From an uncultured Acidobacteriota bacterium (GTDB lineage Bacteria; Acidobacteriota; Vicinamibacteria; Vicinamibacterales; UBA2999), in NCBI GenBank assembly GCA_963839865.1, contig CAWIWS010000030.1:5301-69300 (forward strand): 64,000 bases of DNA, read 5' to 3'. The position numbers and the translations under genes are program-made. Numbering within the stretch: the first letter of the stretch is position 1; each line of letters opens with the position of its first letter. Of the stretch, positions 40,718 through 51,928 are shown piece by piece. The notes beneath the pieces are model-generated. The model searched no databases. It was not told where the DNA came from and saw only the letters and a program-made list of their open reading frames with translations.

Positions 40718-40795
40718 AAGGTGAAAAGTAGAAAGTAGAAGGCGGAATCCAGGTTTCCACCTTTCACCTTCAACCTTTCACTTTCTACTTTTCAC
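40714..40795. terminator. long imperfect hairpin built from tandem 7-nt purine-rich units; it fills the gap between the convergent NmrA and ggt genes
   Basis: GTGAAAAGTAGAAAGT (40721-40736) is the exact reverse complement of ACTTTCTACTTTTCAC (40780-40795). The left side reads GTAGAAG GTGAAAA GTAGAAA GTAGAAG. Confidence 0.6.
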
Positions 40796-42712
40796 TTAAT
40801 ACGCCATCGCGTAGCAATCCCGGCGCGGGTCGGCCGCTGCGAAGCGGTTGCCCGTGGCCGGGTCGATCATCACCGCGGTGGCGCAGCCCGACATGCCGAA
40901 GGCCGGCAGGCGGCTCACGTCGTGGCCGCGCGCCTTCAGCTCGTTGTACACCGCGTCCGGCACCGTCGCCTCGATCGCGAGCTTGTTGAAGCCCGGGGCT
41001 GTGCGGCCAGAACGAGCCGTAGAAATGCAGCGTCTGGGCGCGCGGCCGCTCCAGCGCCGCGTGGAGGTTGGGATACCAGTCGTCCCAGAACTCGACCACG
41101 CTCAGGAACGCCTGCAGGATCGTCTGGTCCTGGTTGTCGCCGCCGGGCGTGCCGAGCGCCATCATCGGCACGTTGCCCTTGAACACCAGGCTCGGCGTCA
41201 GCGTGTAGCGCGGCCGGGCGCGCGGGCGGATCTGGTTGGCGCGCGTCTTGTCGAGCCAGAACTGCTCGCCGCGCACGCTCATCCCGATGCCCGTGTCGCC
41301 CAGGATCACGGCGCCGGGAATCCAGCCGCCGCTCGGCGTCACGTCGAAGACGTTGCCGTCCTTGTCGATGATGGCCATGTGCGTCGTGTCCTTGCTCACG
41401 CCCGCGGAGTCGCGCCCGAGCGACGAGGCGAGCTCGGCGTCCGCGACCGCGGCGGCCGGGCGCGGCGCCCGTCGGCCACGTTGGCCTTCCAGAACGGCCA
41501 CTGCCTTCACCGTCGAGTCGTACTTGAGCGGATCGCCCGCGATGAACGCGCTCGAGGCGCGGCGCGGATCGATGAGCGCCGCGCGCTCCTTCGCGTAGGC
41601 CTTCGACAGCAGCCCCTCGCCCGGCGTCTTCACGAACGCCGGGTCCGCATAGTAGGTGTCGCGGTCGGCGTAGGCGAGCTTCATCGCCTCGATCACGGTG
41701 TGGAGGTAGTCGGCGCTCGCGTAGCCCATCGCGTGCAGGTCGAACGTCTCGAGGATGTTCAGCGTCTGCAGCAGCACCGGCCCCTGGCTGCCGAAGCCGT
41801 GCTTGTAGACGGTGTAGCCGCGATAGGTCGTCTGCGCGGGCGCCTCGAGGCGCGCGAAGTACTCCGCGAAGTCGCTCGCGTCGAACGGCGCGCCGTGCTT
41901 CTGCAGGAACGCCACCATCTCCTGCGCGATGTCGCCCTTGTAGAAGCGGTCGCGCGCGGCCGCGATGCCGGCGGCGCGGCCCGCGGCCCTTGGCCGCCCG
42001 CTCGGCGTCGACCATGCGCCGCAGCGTCCTCGCGAGCGTGGGGAGCTTGATGGTCTCGCCCGGCTTGTACTGCGAGCCATCCGGCTTCAGCCAATAGCGC
42101 TGGTTGTCGGGCCACTTCTCGAAGAACTTCAGCTGGTTGCGAATCGTCCGCGCGGTGCTGGGCCGCATCGGGAAGCCCTTCTCGGCGTACTCGATGGCCG
42201 GCGTGGCGACCTCCTCGAAAGCTCATCGTGCCCCACGTCTCGAGCACCGTGAGGGCGGCGTGCAGCGCGCCGGGCACGACCGCAGGATCGAGGCCCTCGC
42301 CGTCGAGGGTCTTGTGGCGCGACAGATACCAGTCGACGCTCACGGCCTTGGGCGCCCAGCCCTGCCCGACGATGGACGTGACCTTGCCCTCCTTCTTGGG
42401 ATACACGAGCACGAGGGCTTCGCCGCCAAGGCTGTAGAGGTCCTGCTCGAGCACCCCCCCGGCCAGCAGCGAGGCGACGCCGGCGTCGAATGCGTTGCCG
42501 CCCTTGAGGAGCACGCCGAACGCCGCAGCCGTAGTCAGGGGATGGCCGGTGGACACGCCACCGGACGGCCCCATGACGGCCGGCCTCAGCGCCGAGCCCG
42601 CGGGCTGGCGGTCCTGGATGGGCACTTGTCTTGCATTCAGTGGTATTACGAGGGGACTGCCAAGGGCGAAAAAGGCCGCAAATACGGCCAATCTAGTCTG
42701 CCAGCGCTTCAT
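40796..42712 (-). CDS. ggt: gamma-glutamyltransferase; several apparent frameshifts
   Basis: Signal peptide MKRWQTRLAVFAAFFALGSPL. Then GGVSTGHPLTTAAAFGVLLKGGNAFDAGVA...GGEALVLVY. Catalytic threonine context: SKDTTHMAIIDKDGNVFDVTPSGGW. Then RPRYTLTPSLVFKGNVPMMALGTPGGDNQDQTILQ. The true stop, TAA at 40796-40798, is reached only after a +1 correction. Confidence 0.85.
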
Positions 42713-42796
42713 CGGGACCTCCGGGCAGCGACAGTGTAGTGCAAGCTTTACATTGGCGCAGGGTCACATCTACACACCGTCCATTACACCGATGTC

Positions 42797-43897
42797 ATGG
42801 ACGCTCATTGCCTAGCCCAGCTATACTTGGGAGTTGTAATCACTGTGGTAAATCAGGTAATCCCCTCCGAACTCGCCGCGCGGCTGACGATCATCATCCC
42901 CGCCTACAACGAGTCGGCCAGCATTGCGGACACCGTCCGCAGCATCAAGGCCCAGACGGTCCCGGTCCATCGCGTCATCGTCATCGACGACGGGTCGACC
43001 GACGATACCGGGGCCGTGGCGGCCGCCGCAGGCGCCGAAGTGGTTCGCCCCCCCCGCAACACCGGCTCCAAGGCGGGCGCCCAGAACTTCGCGCTGGCGG
43101 ACGTCGAGTCCGAGTACGTGATGGCCATCGACGCCGACACGACGCTCGCGCCCGACGCGATCGAGAAGCTGCTCGTGGCGTTCGAGGATACGGAAGTGGC
43201 CGCGGCCTGCGGCTTCGTCATTCCCCGCTACGTCCACACCATGTGGGAGCGCGGACGCTTCATCGAGTACATGATGGCGTTCACGTTCCACAAGCCGATC
43301 CAGGATTACTACTCGAAGCCTTTCATTTCGTCGGGCTGCTTTTCGGCCTACCGCACGGTCCTGCTCAAGCAGACCGGTGGCTGGTCCACGCGCACCCTCG
43401 CCGAGGACATGGACCTGACCTGGAGCTTCTACCAGGCCGGGCACAAGGTCCGCTTCCTGCCCGACGCGGTGTGCTATCCGATCGAACCGCACGACTTCAA
43501 CTTCATGAGCAAGCAGCTGCGCCGCTGGTCGCACGGCTTCGTGCAGAACGTGAAGCTGCACTGGCGCGGGCTGCTCGACGTGCCGTACCTGCGCTCGGCC
43601 GTGGCCGTGGCGCTCTGGGACGCGACCTTCGCGTCGGTGGCCTACCTGATCGTGCTGCCGCTGCTGGCCCTGGCGCTCGCGTCGCCGGTGCTCCTCCTGG
43701 CCTACGTGCTCGACATGCCCGCCGTGATCGTCCCGGTGGTGTTCGCGGCGTTCAAGTACAAGCAGGTGCGCCAGGCGCTCCTGAGCCTTCCCGCGTTCTT
43801 CGTGCTGCGCCTGGTCAACGGCGTCTTCCTGCTCGAAGCGTTGTGGAAAGAATTTGTCATTCGCCAGCCGCTGCTGGTCTACGAGAAGGGGCACTGA
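42797..43897 (+). CDS. family 2 glycosyltransferase, processive synthase type (PgaC/NodC/cellulose-synthase-like) (366 aa, intact)
   Basis: LTIIIPAYNES...VIVIDDGSTDDT...GSKAGAQNFA...VMAIDADTTL...SGCFSAYR...TLAEDMDLTW...KQLRRWSHG gives the D, DxD, ED and QxxRW motifs. C-terminal TM helices follow. Confidence 0.85.
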   Translation: MDAHCLAQLYLGVVITVVNQVIPSELAARLTIIIPAYNESASIADTVRSIKAQTVPVHRVIVIDDGSTDDTGAVAAAAGAEVVRPPRNTGSKAGAQNFALADVESEYVMAIDADTTLAPDAIEKLLVAFEDTEVAAACGFVIPRYVHTMWERGRFIEYMMAFTFHKPIQDYYSKPFISSGCFSAYRTVLLKQTGGWSTRTLAEDMDLTWSFYQAGHKVRFLPDAVCYPIEPHDFNFMSKQLRRWSHGFVQNVKLHWRGLLDVPYLRSAVAVALWDATFASVAYLIVLPLLALALASPVLLLAYVLDMPAVIVPVVFAAFKYKQVRQALLSLPAFFVLRLVNGVFLLEALWKEFVIRQPLLVYEKGH

Positions 43898-43901
43898 CGT
43901 C

Positions 43902-44291
43902 ATGATCGCGGGTCTTCCAGGAACGGGAATCGGCGGGTTGTTCTACCTGCTGTCGGCGCTGCTGATGCCGGTGCGAGAGCTGTGGCGCGCCTCGATCGGC
44001 ACCGGCCAGTCGAGCGACCGTCGCCTCGCCTTGCGGCAGAGCGGCATGGCGCTGGCGATCATGGGCGCGATTTGGCTGACGGGCCTGGCGCTGACGCTGC
44101 TGCACGTCGGCAACATGGCCAGCCCGACGGGGGCGCTGCGCATCTTCTACATCACGCCGGCGCTGATTTCCTTCGGCACGCTGACCCTCGTCTTGCTCGG
44201 CGTCGAAGTGGTGTCGGCCTCCATCAAGGTCGGCGCGCGCATCCAGCAGCAGTTGTCGGATCAGGCCCCCGCCTCCGGTGGCGATCGTTGA
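43902..44291 (+). CDS. small polytopic membrane protein (about 129 aa), hypothetical
   Basis: MIAGLPGTGIGGLFYLLSALLMPVRELW...MALAIMGAIWLTGLALTLLHV...ALISFGTLTLVLLGVEVV. The ATG lies 4 nt after the GT2 stop. There are three hydrophobic segments. Confidence 0.55.
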   Translation: MIAGLPGTGIGGLFYLLSALLMPVRELWRASIGTGQSSDRRLALRQSGMALAIMGAIWLTGLALTLLHVGNMASPTGALRIFYITPALISFGTLTLVLLGVEVVSASIKVGARIQQQLSDQAPASGGDR

Positions 44292-45942
44292 CGGACTAGT
44301 CGTCGCCCTGGCCGGGCTCGTGGCGGCGGCGTTCTACGCGCCGCAACTCGGCTTCTACAGCGACGACTGGGTGCTGGTGGCGGTCTTCCACCTGGCCCCC
44401 GACCAATCGATCTCCGGGCTCTACTCCTCCACGCACGCGCAACATTTCGCCTCGAGGCCCGCGCAGGGCCTCTATTCGATCCTGCTCTACAAGGCGTTCG
44501 GCCTCGAGCCGCTCGGCTACCAGGTCGTCAACGCCCTGGTGCTCGCCGGCGGCGCGGTCCTGCTGCGCAGCGTGCTGGCTCGGCTCGGCGCGTCGCGCCT
44601 GGCGGCGCTCGGCGCCGGCCTCGTGTTTGCCTGCGTGCCGGCCTTCAGCACGGATCGCTTCTGGTTTGCCGCGTTCGCGGCGCCGTTGAGCGTGACGCTC
44701 TACCTCGTGTCGCTGCGGCTGGACCTCGCGAGCGTCAAGGCCGAGGGCACGCGCTTCGCGGCCTGGCGGCTGGCCTCGCTCGCGATGCTCGCGGTGGGCC
44801 TGCTGGGGTACGAGCTCGCCCTGCCCCTCGCTTTCTTCAGTCCCGCCGTGGCCAGATTCCAGGCCTGGCGCGACGGGCTCGGACCGTGGTCGTGGGGACG
44901 CTGGGCCGCGTGGGTCCTGCCCACCGTGGCGCTGCTCGTCGGCCTCGGTCTCTACAAGGCGGAGGATTCCGGCCGGCTCGGCGGCTTGTCGAACGAGCCG
45001 CAACGCATCGAGAAGATTCTCACGGGCCTCCTCCGCACGGATGCCGTGGATGGCGACTACGGCCTCAACATCCCCCGCGCGCTTGCAGTGAACTTCGGCG
45101 ATCACGTGCTGCGGTTGCCGGCGCACGCCTGGGCGTTGCGCGGACGCGTGCCCGGGCCGGCGCTGCCGGTCGCGACGATCGTGCTCGCGCTCGCGGCCGC
45201 CGGCTACCTGCGATTCGTCGGGCGACGCGAGCGATGGGTCCCCGGCCACTGGGCCGTGCTGGCCGGCGCCGGGTTCGTCGTCTTCGCGCTCGGCTACGCC
45301 ATCTTCCTGACCAACTCCGCGATTCAGATCACGCCCACGGGCGTGGGTAATCGCACGTCGCTGGCGGCGGGGCTCGGGCTGGCGATGGTCGTGGCGGGGG
45401 CGCTGGGCTGGCTCGTATCGGCGCTGCCGCTTGGGACGTGGCGCGGGCCGGTGTTCGCCACCGTGCTGGCCGTGTACCTCTCGTGCGGCGCGTTCACGAC
45501 GGTGGCCCTCGGCAGTTACTGGGGCGAATCCTACCCGCGGCAGCAGGCGGTCATCGCCGACATCCGCGCGCACCTGCCGGACCTCGCGCCGAAGTCCACG
45601 ATCTTCCTCGGCGGCGTGTGTCCGTACGTGGGGCCCGCGATCGTGTTCGAGTCGAGCTGGGATCTCGCGTTCGCGCTGCGCATCGCGTACGACGACCGGA
45701 CGATCTCGGCCGACGTTGTCTCTCCCAGCTTCACGGCCGGCCCCTCGGCGATTTCGACGTTCCTGTACGACGAGGAATACGATTGGCCCTACGGCCCGAA
45801 CACGCTGCTCTACGACTATCGCTCCAAGCGCGTGGTGCCCCTCGTGGACCAGGCCGCCACGCTCGAAGCCCTTCGCGCGATGCGCCTGCCCTCGCCTGAC
45901 TGCCCGCCGTCCAAGGAAGGCATCGGCGTCAGGGTGTTCTGA
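44278..45942 (+). CDS. large polytopic membrane protein (554 aa, intact), hypothetical; possibly GT-C-like, with a C-terminal soluble domain
   Basis: At least 10 hydrophobic segments (VVALAGLVAAAFY, VVNALVLAGGAVLL, ALGAGLVFACVPAF, LASLAMLAVGLLGYELALPLAFF, ...) precede a domain of about 120 aa: IFLGGVCPYVGPAIVFESSWDLAFALRIAYDD... It overlaps the upstream gene by 14 nt. The GT-C assignment is only a guess from topology. Confidence 0.65.
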   Translation: MAIVDGLVVALAGLVAAAFYAPQLGFYSDDWVLVAVFHLAPDQSISGLYSSTHAQHFASRPAQGLYSILLYKAFGLEPLGYQVVNALVLAGGAVLLRSVLARLGASRLAALGAGLVFACVPAFSTDRFWFAAFAAPLSVTLYLVSLRLDLASVKAEGTRFAAWRLASLAMLAVGLLGYELALPLAFFSPAVARFQAWRDGLGPWSWGRWAAWVLPTVALLVGLGLYKAEDSGRLGGLSNEPQRIEKILTGLLRTDAVDGDYGLNIPRALAVNFGDHVLRLPAHAWALRGRVPGPALPVATIVLALAAAGYLRFVGRRERWVPGHWAVLAGAGFVVFALGYAIFLTNSAIQITPTGVGNRTSLAAGLGLAMVVAGALGWLVSALPLGTWRGPVFATVLAVYLSCGAFTTVALGSYWGESYPRQQAVIADIRAHLPDLAPKSTIFLGGVCPYVGPAIVFESSWDLAFALRIAYDDRTISADVVSPSFTAGPSAISTFLYDEEYDWPYGPNTLLYDYRSKRVVPLVDQAATLEALRAMRLPSPDCPPSKEGIGVRVF

Positions 45943-45960
45943 CGCCTGCCCGACCGGAGC

Positions 45961-48900
45961 CTACTCGACCACGACCAGGAGGTCCTTGGCGTCGATTTGC
46001 TCGCCGGGCCTCGCCACCACTTCCCGCACCACGCCGCCGCGCTCCGCGCGGACGCTCGTCTCCATCTTCATGGCCTCGATGGTGACCAGCACGTCGCCGC
46101 GCGAAACCGGCTGTCCCGCCCTGACGCTCACCGTGGACACGGTGCCCGGCATTGGCGCGCCGATGTGGCCCGGCTGCTCGGGATCGGCCTTGCGTCGCGG
46201 GGGCTTGGTGGCCACCCGGCTCCGGTCCGGCACCTTCACCGAGCGCGGTTGCCCGTTCAACTCGAAGAACACGGTGCGCGTGCCATCGTCGTGCGCGTCG
46301 CTGGTGGTGATGTAGCGGATGATGAGTTGCTTGCCCTTTTCGAGTTCGACGGTGATCTCTTCGCCGGCCGCAAGCCCATAGAAGAACGCTCGCGTGGGCA
46401 GGACACTCGTGTTGCCGAAGTGGGCGCGGTCGGCCAGGTAGTCGGTGAACACCTTCGGGTACATCAGCCAGGAGGCGAACTCGTAGTCGGTGATCGCGCG
46501 TCCCACCTTGTGATGGACCGTCTGGCGCGCCGCGTCGAGATCGACGGCCGGCAGCGTCTCGCCCGGGCGCCGGGTCAACGGCGCGGCCCCCTTGAGGACC
46601 TTGGCCTGGAGCGCCGCCGGAAACCCGCCCACGGGCTGGCCGATGTCGCCGCGAAACAGCGACACCACGGACTCGGGGAAGGCCACCTCGACCTCCGGAT
46701 CGAGAACCGCCTCGCGCGACAGGCCGCCCGTCACCATCATCAGGGCCATGTCGCCCACGACCTTGGACGAGGGCGTGACCTTGACGATGTCGCCGAACAT
46801 CTCGTTGACGGCCGCATAGGCCGAGGCCACCTCGTGCCACCGGGTGTCATCGATGCCGAGCGAGCGGGCCTGCTCCCGCAGGTTGGTGTACTGGCCGCCG
46901 GGCATCCCGTGCACGTAGACCTCGGAGGCGCCAGAGCGCATGTCGCTCTCAAACGCCGCGTACCCGTGACGCACCTGCTCCCAATAACCGGACAGGAGCC
47001 GAATCCGATCGGGATTGAGGCCGGTGTCTCGCGGTCCGAATCTGAGCGCCTCGACCAGCGAGCCGAGATTGGGCTGCGAGGTGAGTCCGCTCATGGCGTC
47101 CATCGCGGCATCCACCGCATCCACGCCGGCGTCGGCCGCGGCCAGCACGCTGGCGGCCGCGATGCCGCTCGTATCGTGCGTGTGGAAGTGCACGGGGATG
47201 CCGACCTCCTGCTTGAGCGCCTTGACCAGCGCGTAGGCGGCCCGGGGCTGGCACAGGCCCGCCATGTCCTTGATGCCGAGGACGTTCGCCCCGGCCCGCT
47301 CCAGTTGCCTGGCCAGCGTCACGTAGTACGCCAAATCGTACTTGGTCTGGCGCGGATCGCTCAGGTTGCCCGTGTAGCAGATGGCCGCTTCGCACAGGCG
47401 GCCCGACTCGCGCACGGCGTCGATCGCCACGCGCATGTTCTCCACCCAGTTGAGCGAGTCGAACACCCGGAAGACGTCGATGCCGTGCAGCGCCGCTTGC
47501 TGCACGAAGTACCGGACGACGTTGTCCGGGTAGTTGGTATAGCCCACGGCGTTGGACGAGCGCAGCAGCATCTGCAACAGCAGGTTCGGCATGGCCGCGC
47601 GAAGCGTGATGAGCCGCTCCCATGGGCACTCGCGCAGGAACCGCATCGACACGTCGAAGGTCGCGCCGCCCCAACACTCCACCGAGAACAGGTCCGGCAG
47701 CAGGCGCGCGTAGTGGGGGGCGATGACGGCCAGGTCGTGCGTGCGCACGCGCGTGGCCAGCAGCGACTGGTGCGCGTCGCGGAAGGTGGTGTCGGTCACC
47801 AGCACCTGGGGCTGGTCGAGCATCCACCGCGCGAAGCGCTCGGGGCCCAGTTCATCGAGGCGCTGACGGGTGCCAGGCACCGGAGCGCTCGGCGCCGTCC
47901 GCGGAGGCCTGGCGTCCACGACGCGAACGGGGTGCGGCCGGCCCGCGACTTCGGGGTTGCCGTTCACGATCACATCGCCCACGAAGCGCAGCAAGCGGGT
48001 GGCACGATCGCGCTTGTGCGGCACTTTGAAGAGTTCCGGCGTCTGGTCGATGAACGTGGTCGTGTACGACGCGTGCTCGAAGGACGGATGCTGGACGAGC
48101 TGGTCGAGGAACCGCAGGTTGGTGACCACGCCCCGGACGCGGAATTCGGCCAGCGCCCGGTGCATGCGCGCGATGACCTCCCCCGCGGTGGGCGCCCACG
48201 CCGTGACCTTGACGAGCAGCGAGTCGTACGACCGGGTGATGATCGCGCCGGAGTAGGCCGTGCCCGCGTCGAGGCGAATGCCAAACCCCGCCGGGCTGCG
48301 ATACGCGGTGATGCGCCCGTAGTCGGGGATGAAGCCATTCTCGGGGTCTTCGCTCGTGACGCGGCACTGCATCGCGTGCCCGGTCAGGCGGATGTCTTCC
48401 TGGACCGGAACGCCGCTTGCGGGCGTGCCGATTGCCGCGCCTTCGGCAATGCGAATCTGCGCTTTCACGAGGTCGATGCCCGTTACCACCTCGGTGATGG
48501 TGTGCTCCACCTGGATGCGGGGATTCACCTCGATGAAATAGAACTGCCCGGTGTCGGCGTCCTCGAGGAATTCCACGGTTCCGGCGTTGACGTAGCCGGC
48601 GGCGCGACCAATCTTCAGGGCCAGGCCGCAGATCTCCGCCCGGCGCCTGTCGTCCAGGAACACGGCCGGCGCCCGCTCGATTACCTTCTGGTTACGCCGC
48701 TGCACCGTGCAGTCGCGCTCGAACAAGTGCACCAGGTGACCGTGCGCATCGCCGAGGATCTGCACCTCGACATGCCGCGCGCGACGCACCAGCTTCTCGA
48801 GATACACCTCGTCATTGCCGAAGGCCGACCTGGCCTCGCGACGCGCCGCCGCCACCATCTCGCCGAGTTGCTCGGGTCCCTCCACGACGCGCATGCCGCG

Positions 48901-49415
48901 CCCGCCGCCGCCCCAGCTGGCCTTGAGCATCACGGGGATAGCCCACGCCGGCGGCCAGGCTGGAGGCCTCGGCCGCATCGGCCGGCAGCGGCGGCGTCGC
49001 GGGCATCACGGGCACTCCCGCCGCCACGGCGAGCTCGCGCGCCGACACCTTGTTGCCCAGACGCCGCATCACCTCCGGCGGGGGACCGACGAACGTCAGC
49101 CCGTGGGCCGCGCAGGCGTCGGCGAAGGCCGGATTCTCCGAGAGAAAGCCATAGCCCGGATGGACGGCGTCGGCGCCGGCGTCGAGCGCCACCCGGATGA
49201 TGTCCTCGATGTCGAGGTACGCGTCGACCGGCGCCTTCCCCTCGCCGACGAGATAGCTTTCATCGGCTTTGGTCCGGTGCAACGAGAAGCGATCCTCCTG
49301 CGAGTAGATCGCGACCGTACGAATCCCGAGTTCCGTCGCCGCGCGCATGAGACGAATGGCAATCTCGCCGCGGTTGGCGACGAGCAGGCACTTGATCTTC
49401 CGGTGGAGGGTGCAC
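45961..49415 (-). CDS. pyc: pyruvate carboxylase (single-chain, about 1150 aa); apparent frameshifts near the N-terminus (about 48950 and about 49400)
   Basis: [51 protein letters not shown]. Biotin carboxylase: [16 protein letters not shown]...[14 protein letters not shown]. Carboxyltransferase: [19 protein letters not shown]...ECWGGATFD...HFHTHDTSG. Biotinyl domain: [36 protein letters not shown]. Confidence 0.9.
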
Positions 49416-49420
49416 GCGGC

Positions 49421-50910
49421 CTACTTCCGGTAATCGAGGGCGGGCTTGCGATCGGCGAGGCGCGTCGTGTACTTGAAGTTCGGGCCCGCGCCGCTCGTCG
49501 AACTCGGCTCGCGCCTTCACGATGTGGGTCGGGTCGCTGAAGAGATCCATCGCGGTGAGCGTCATGCTCTTCGCCGCCACCAGCATCCCCTTCACGCCGA
49601 TCGACGTGCCGCCGGCGGCGACGGCCTGCCAGCTGTGCGCGGGCGTGCCGGGCACCCACGTGGCCGCCGTGACCTGCACGGTCGGGACGCGCCAGCTCAC
49701 GTCACCCAGGTCCGTCGACGCGCTGCCGACGCCGGGCTCCGGCGTGAACACGCTGTTCGCGCTGTCGATCGGCGGCAGGTTTCCCGTCGAGCGTCTTCGC
49801 GGATGCCCTCGGCGAACTGGCGCTCGGCGGGCGTGTATTCGTAGCCGCCCACTCGTTGCAGGTTCTTCTGCATCAGGCCCACGAGATAGCTGTTCGGCAG
49901 AACGTTCCACACGGCGCCCGTCATCTCGAGCTCCACCGTGGTGCCGGTGCCGAGCGCCGCGCCCTTCGCGGCGTTGTTGATGCGCTCCCAGATGTCGTCG
50001 AGCACGCGCATGTCGTTGTGCCGCGCGTAGTAGTAGACCTCGGCGTAGTCCGGGACGACGTTGGGCGCCTTGCCGCCGTTGGTGATCACGTAGTGGATGC
50101 GCGCGTCGGAGTCGACGTGCTCGCGGAGCATGTTGACCATGTTGTCCATCGCCTCGACGCCGTCGAGCGCGGAGCGGCCGCGCTCGGGCGCGGCCGCGGC
50201 GTGCGCCGACAGGCCGTGGAAGCGGAACTTGCCGGTGATGTTCGCGAGGTTGCTCGACGCGCTCGCCGCGTTGCGATCGCCCGGGTGCATCGTCACCACG
50301 GCGTCGACGTCGTCGAACAGCCCGGCGCGCAGCATGTAGACCTTGCCGGCGCCGCCCTCTTCCGCGGGCGTGCCGTAGAACCGCAACGTGCCGGAGCGCT
50401 TGTTTGCCGCCAGCCAGTCCTTCACCGCGATGGCCGCGGCCGTCGACGCGGTCCCGAACAGGTGGTGGCCGCAGCCGTGGCCCGGCCCTTCGGCGACGAG
50501 CGCCTGGCGATCGGGCGCCGCGGCCTGCGAGAGGCCGGGCAAGCGCGTCGAACTCGCCGACGATGCCGATCACCGGCTTGCCCGAGCCCCACGTGGCCGT
50601 GAAGGCCGTGGGGATCTCGGCGACGCCGGCGACCACGGTGAAGCCGGCCGCTTTCAACTGCTGCTGCAAGCAGCGCGCTGCTCTTCGTCTCCTGGTAGCC
50701 GACCTCGGCGAAGCCCCAGATCTGCATCGCGACATCGCCGTACGCCGCGGCCTTCGCATCGATCGAGGCGAGCACCGCCGTGGTGTCGAGCGCTGGCGCC
50801 TGCGCGGTTCCGCGGGTGCCGGCCGAGCGACCAGCATAGCGACGACGGCCGCGAGCAGCGACAGCCCGTCGCCCGTTCACACGTTCGACCATCTGCGTTG
50901 CGCTTGCCAA
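49421..50910 (-). CDS. M20-family amidohydrolase (AbgB / aminobenzoyl-glutamate utilisation-like), probably secreted; apparent frameshifts; the start is uncertain (50892 or 50910)
   Basis: [18 protein letters not shown]...[40 protein letters not shown]...[13 protein letters not shown]...[18 protein letters not shown]...[24 protein letters not shown]...[17 protein letters not shown]. Confidence 0.75.
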
Positions 50911-50923
50911 GTCGCTGTCGTGT

Positions 50924-51894
50924 TCATGTGAGGAGTCTCCGCGAGAGCACCGACCACACCGCGTACGAGAGCCGCCGGCGGTCGTGGCGGGCGATCTCCG
51001 ACTGCCAGAAGTTGCCCGACACCAGCTCGCACCCCTCCGGCAGCGTGCCGACGGCGAGCGGCTGCTTGTGTTCCGCCTGGTAGCGCGCCAGGACGTCCGG
51101 CGACGGCGGCCGATCGTGGACGAAGACGACGTCCACCGGCCGCCCGAGCGTGCGGCTCACCCAGCGCCACTTCGTCGGCGGCGGTGAAGCCGCGCATGCC
51201 GCGTCCTTCGGTCAGGAGGTTGGCGACGAGCACGATCGGTCCGGGCACGCGGGCCAGGGCCTCGGCCACGCCGTCCACCAGCAACGTCGGCATCAGGCTG
51301 GTGAAGAAACTGCCCGGCCCGATGATCACCGCGGCGTCGAACCCGCGCAATGGCCTCGCGCACCGCGGGATGGATCGGCGCGCCCGGCTCGAGCCAGACG
51401 CGCGTCACGAGGTGGCCGCGTTCGTGGCCCTGATCCACTTCCACCTCACCCCGCGTGATCGTGCCGTCGGCGTACTCGGCGCAGAGCGTCGCGCGCGCCA
51501 CGCTGACCGGCCAGACGCGCCCGCGGCAGCCGAGGAGCGCGCGCAGGCCATCGACGGCCGCCAGGAAGTCGCCGCTGTACTGCTCCATCATCGAGAGCAG
51601 CAGGTTGCCCCCGGTGTGCCCGCCGAGGCGCGCGTGCTCGAGGGTCGGCAGCCGCGCGAGCAACACGCGGCGCGCTTCGCCCTCGTTGCGCGACAAGGCA
51701 AGCGCGCAGCGCAACACGTCGCCGGGCGGGAGGACGCCCAGTTCGTCGCGCAACTGACCCGAGCTGCCGCCCGAGTCGAACATCGTGACCACGGCGTTCA
51801 GGTGCAGCCACGGATTGCGCTTGAGCCCGCCAAGCAGGCTCGGAAGCCCCGTGCCTCCTCCGAAACAGCCGATGTTGATCTCGCGAAGTCGCAT
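50924..51894 (-). CDS. YvcK/CofD-family protein (UPF0052, gluconeogenesis factor-like); apparent frameshifts
   Basis: [62 protein letters not shown]...[10 protein letters not shown]. Then [29 protein letters not shown]...[11 protein letters not shown]. Confidence 0.8.
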
Positions 51895-51917
51895 GAACAG
51901 TCGAGAGTGTACAGACG

Positions 51918-51923
51918 TATTCT
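51918..51923 (+). promoter_or_regulatory. -10-like box TATTCT, 5 nt before the ATG at 51929
   Basis: Sequence reads gacgTATTCTaagacATG. No SD motif is present. Confidence 0.3.
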
Positions 51924-51928
51924 AAGAC

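Noticed and set aside
45997-49200. 1067-aa plus-strand ORF opposite pyruvate carboxylase; likewise 9486-11711 (741 aa) opposite the TonB-like receptor and 59538-60620 opposite serB
   Set aside because: These are antisense shadow ORFs. They have no recognisable domains and are very rich in Arg, Gly and His. The opposite strand encodes unmistakable, well-conserved proteins over the same span.
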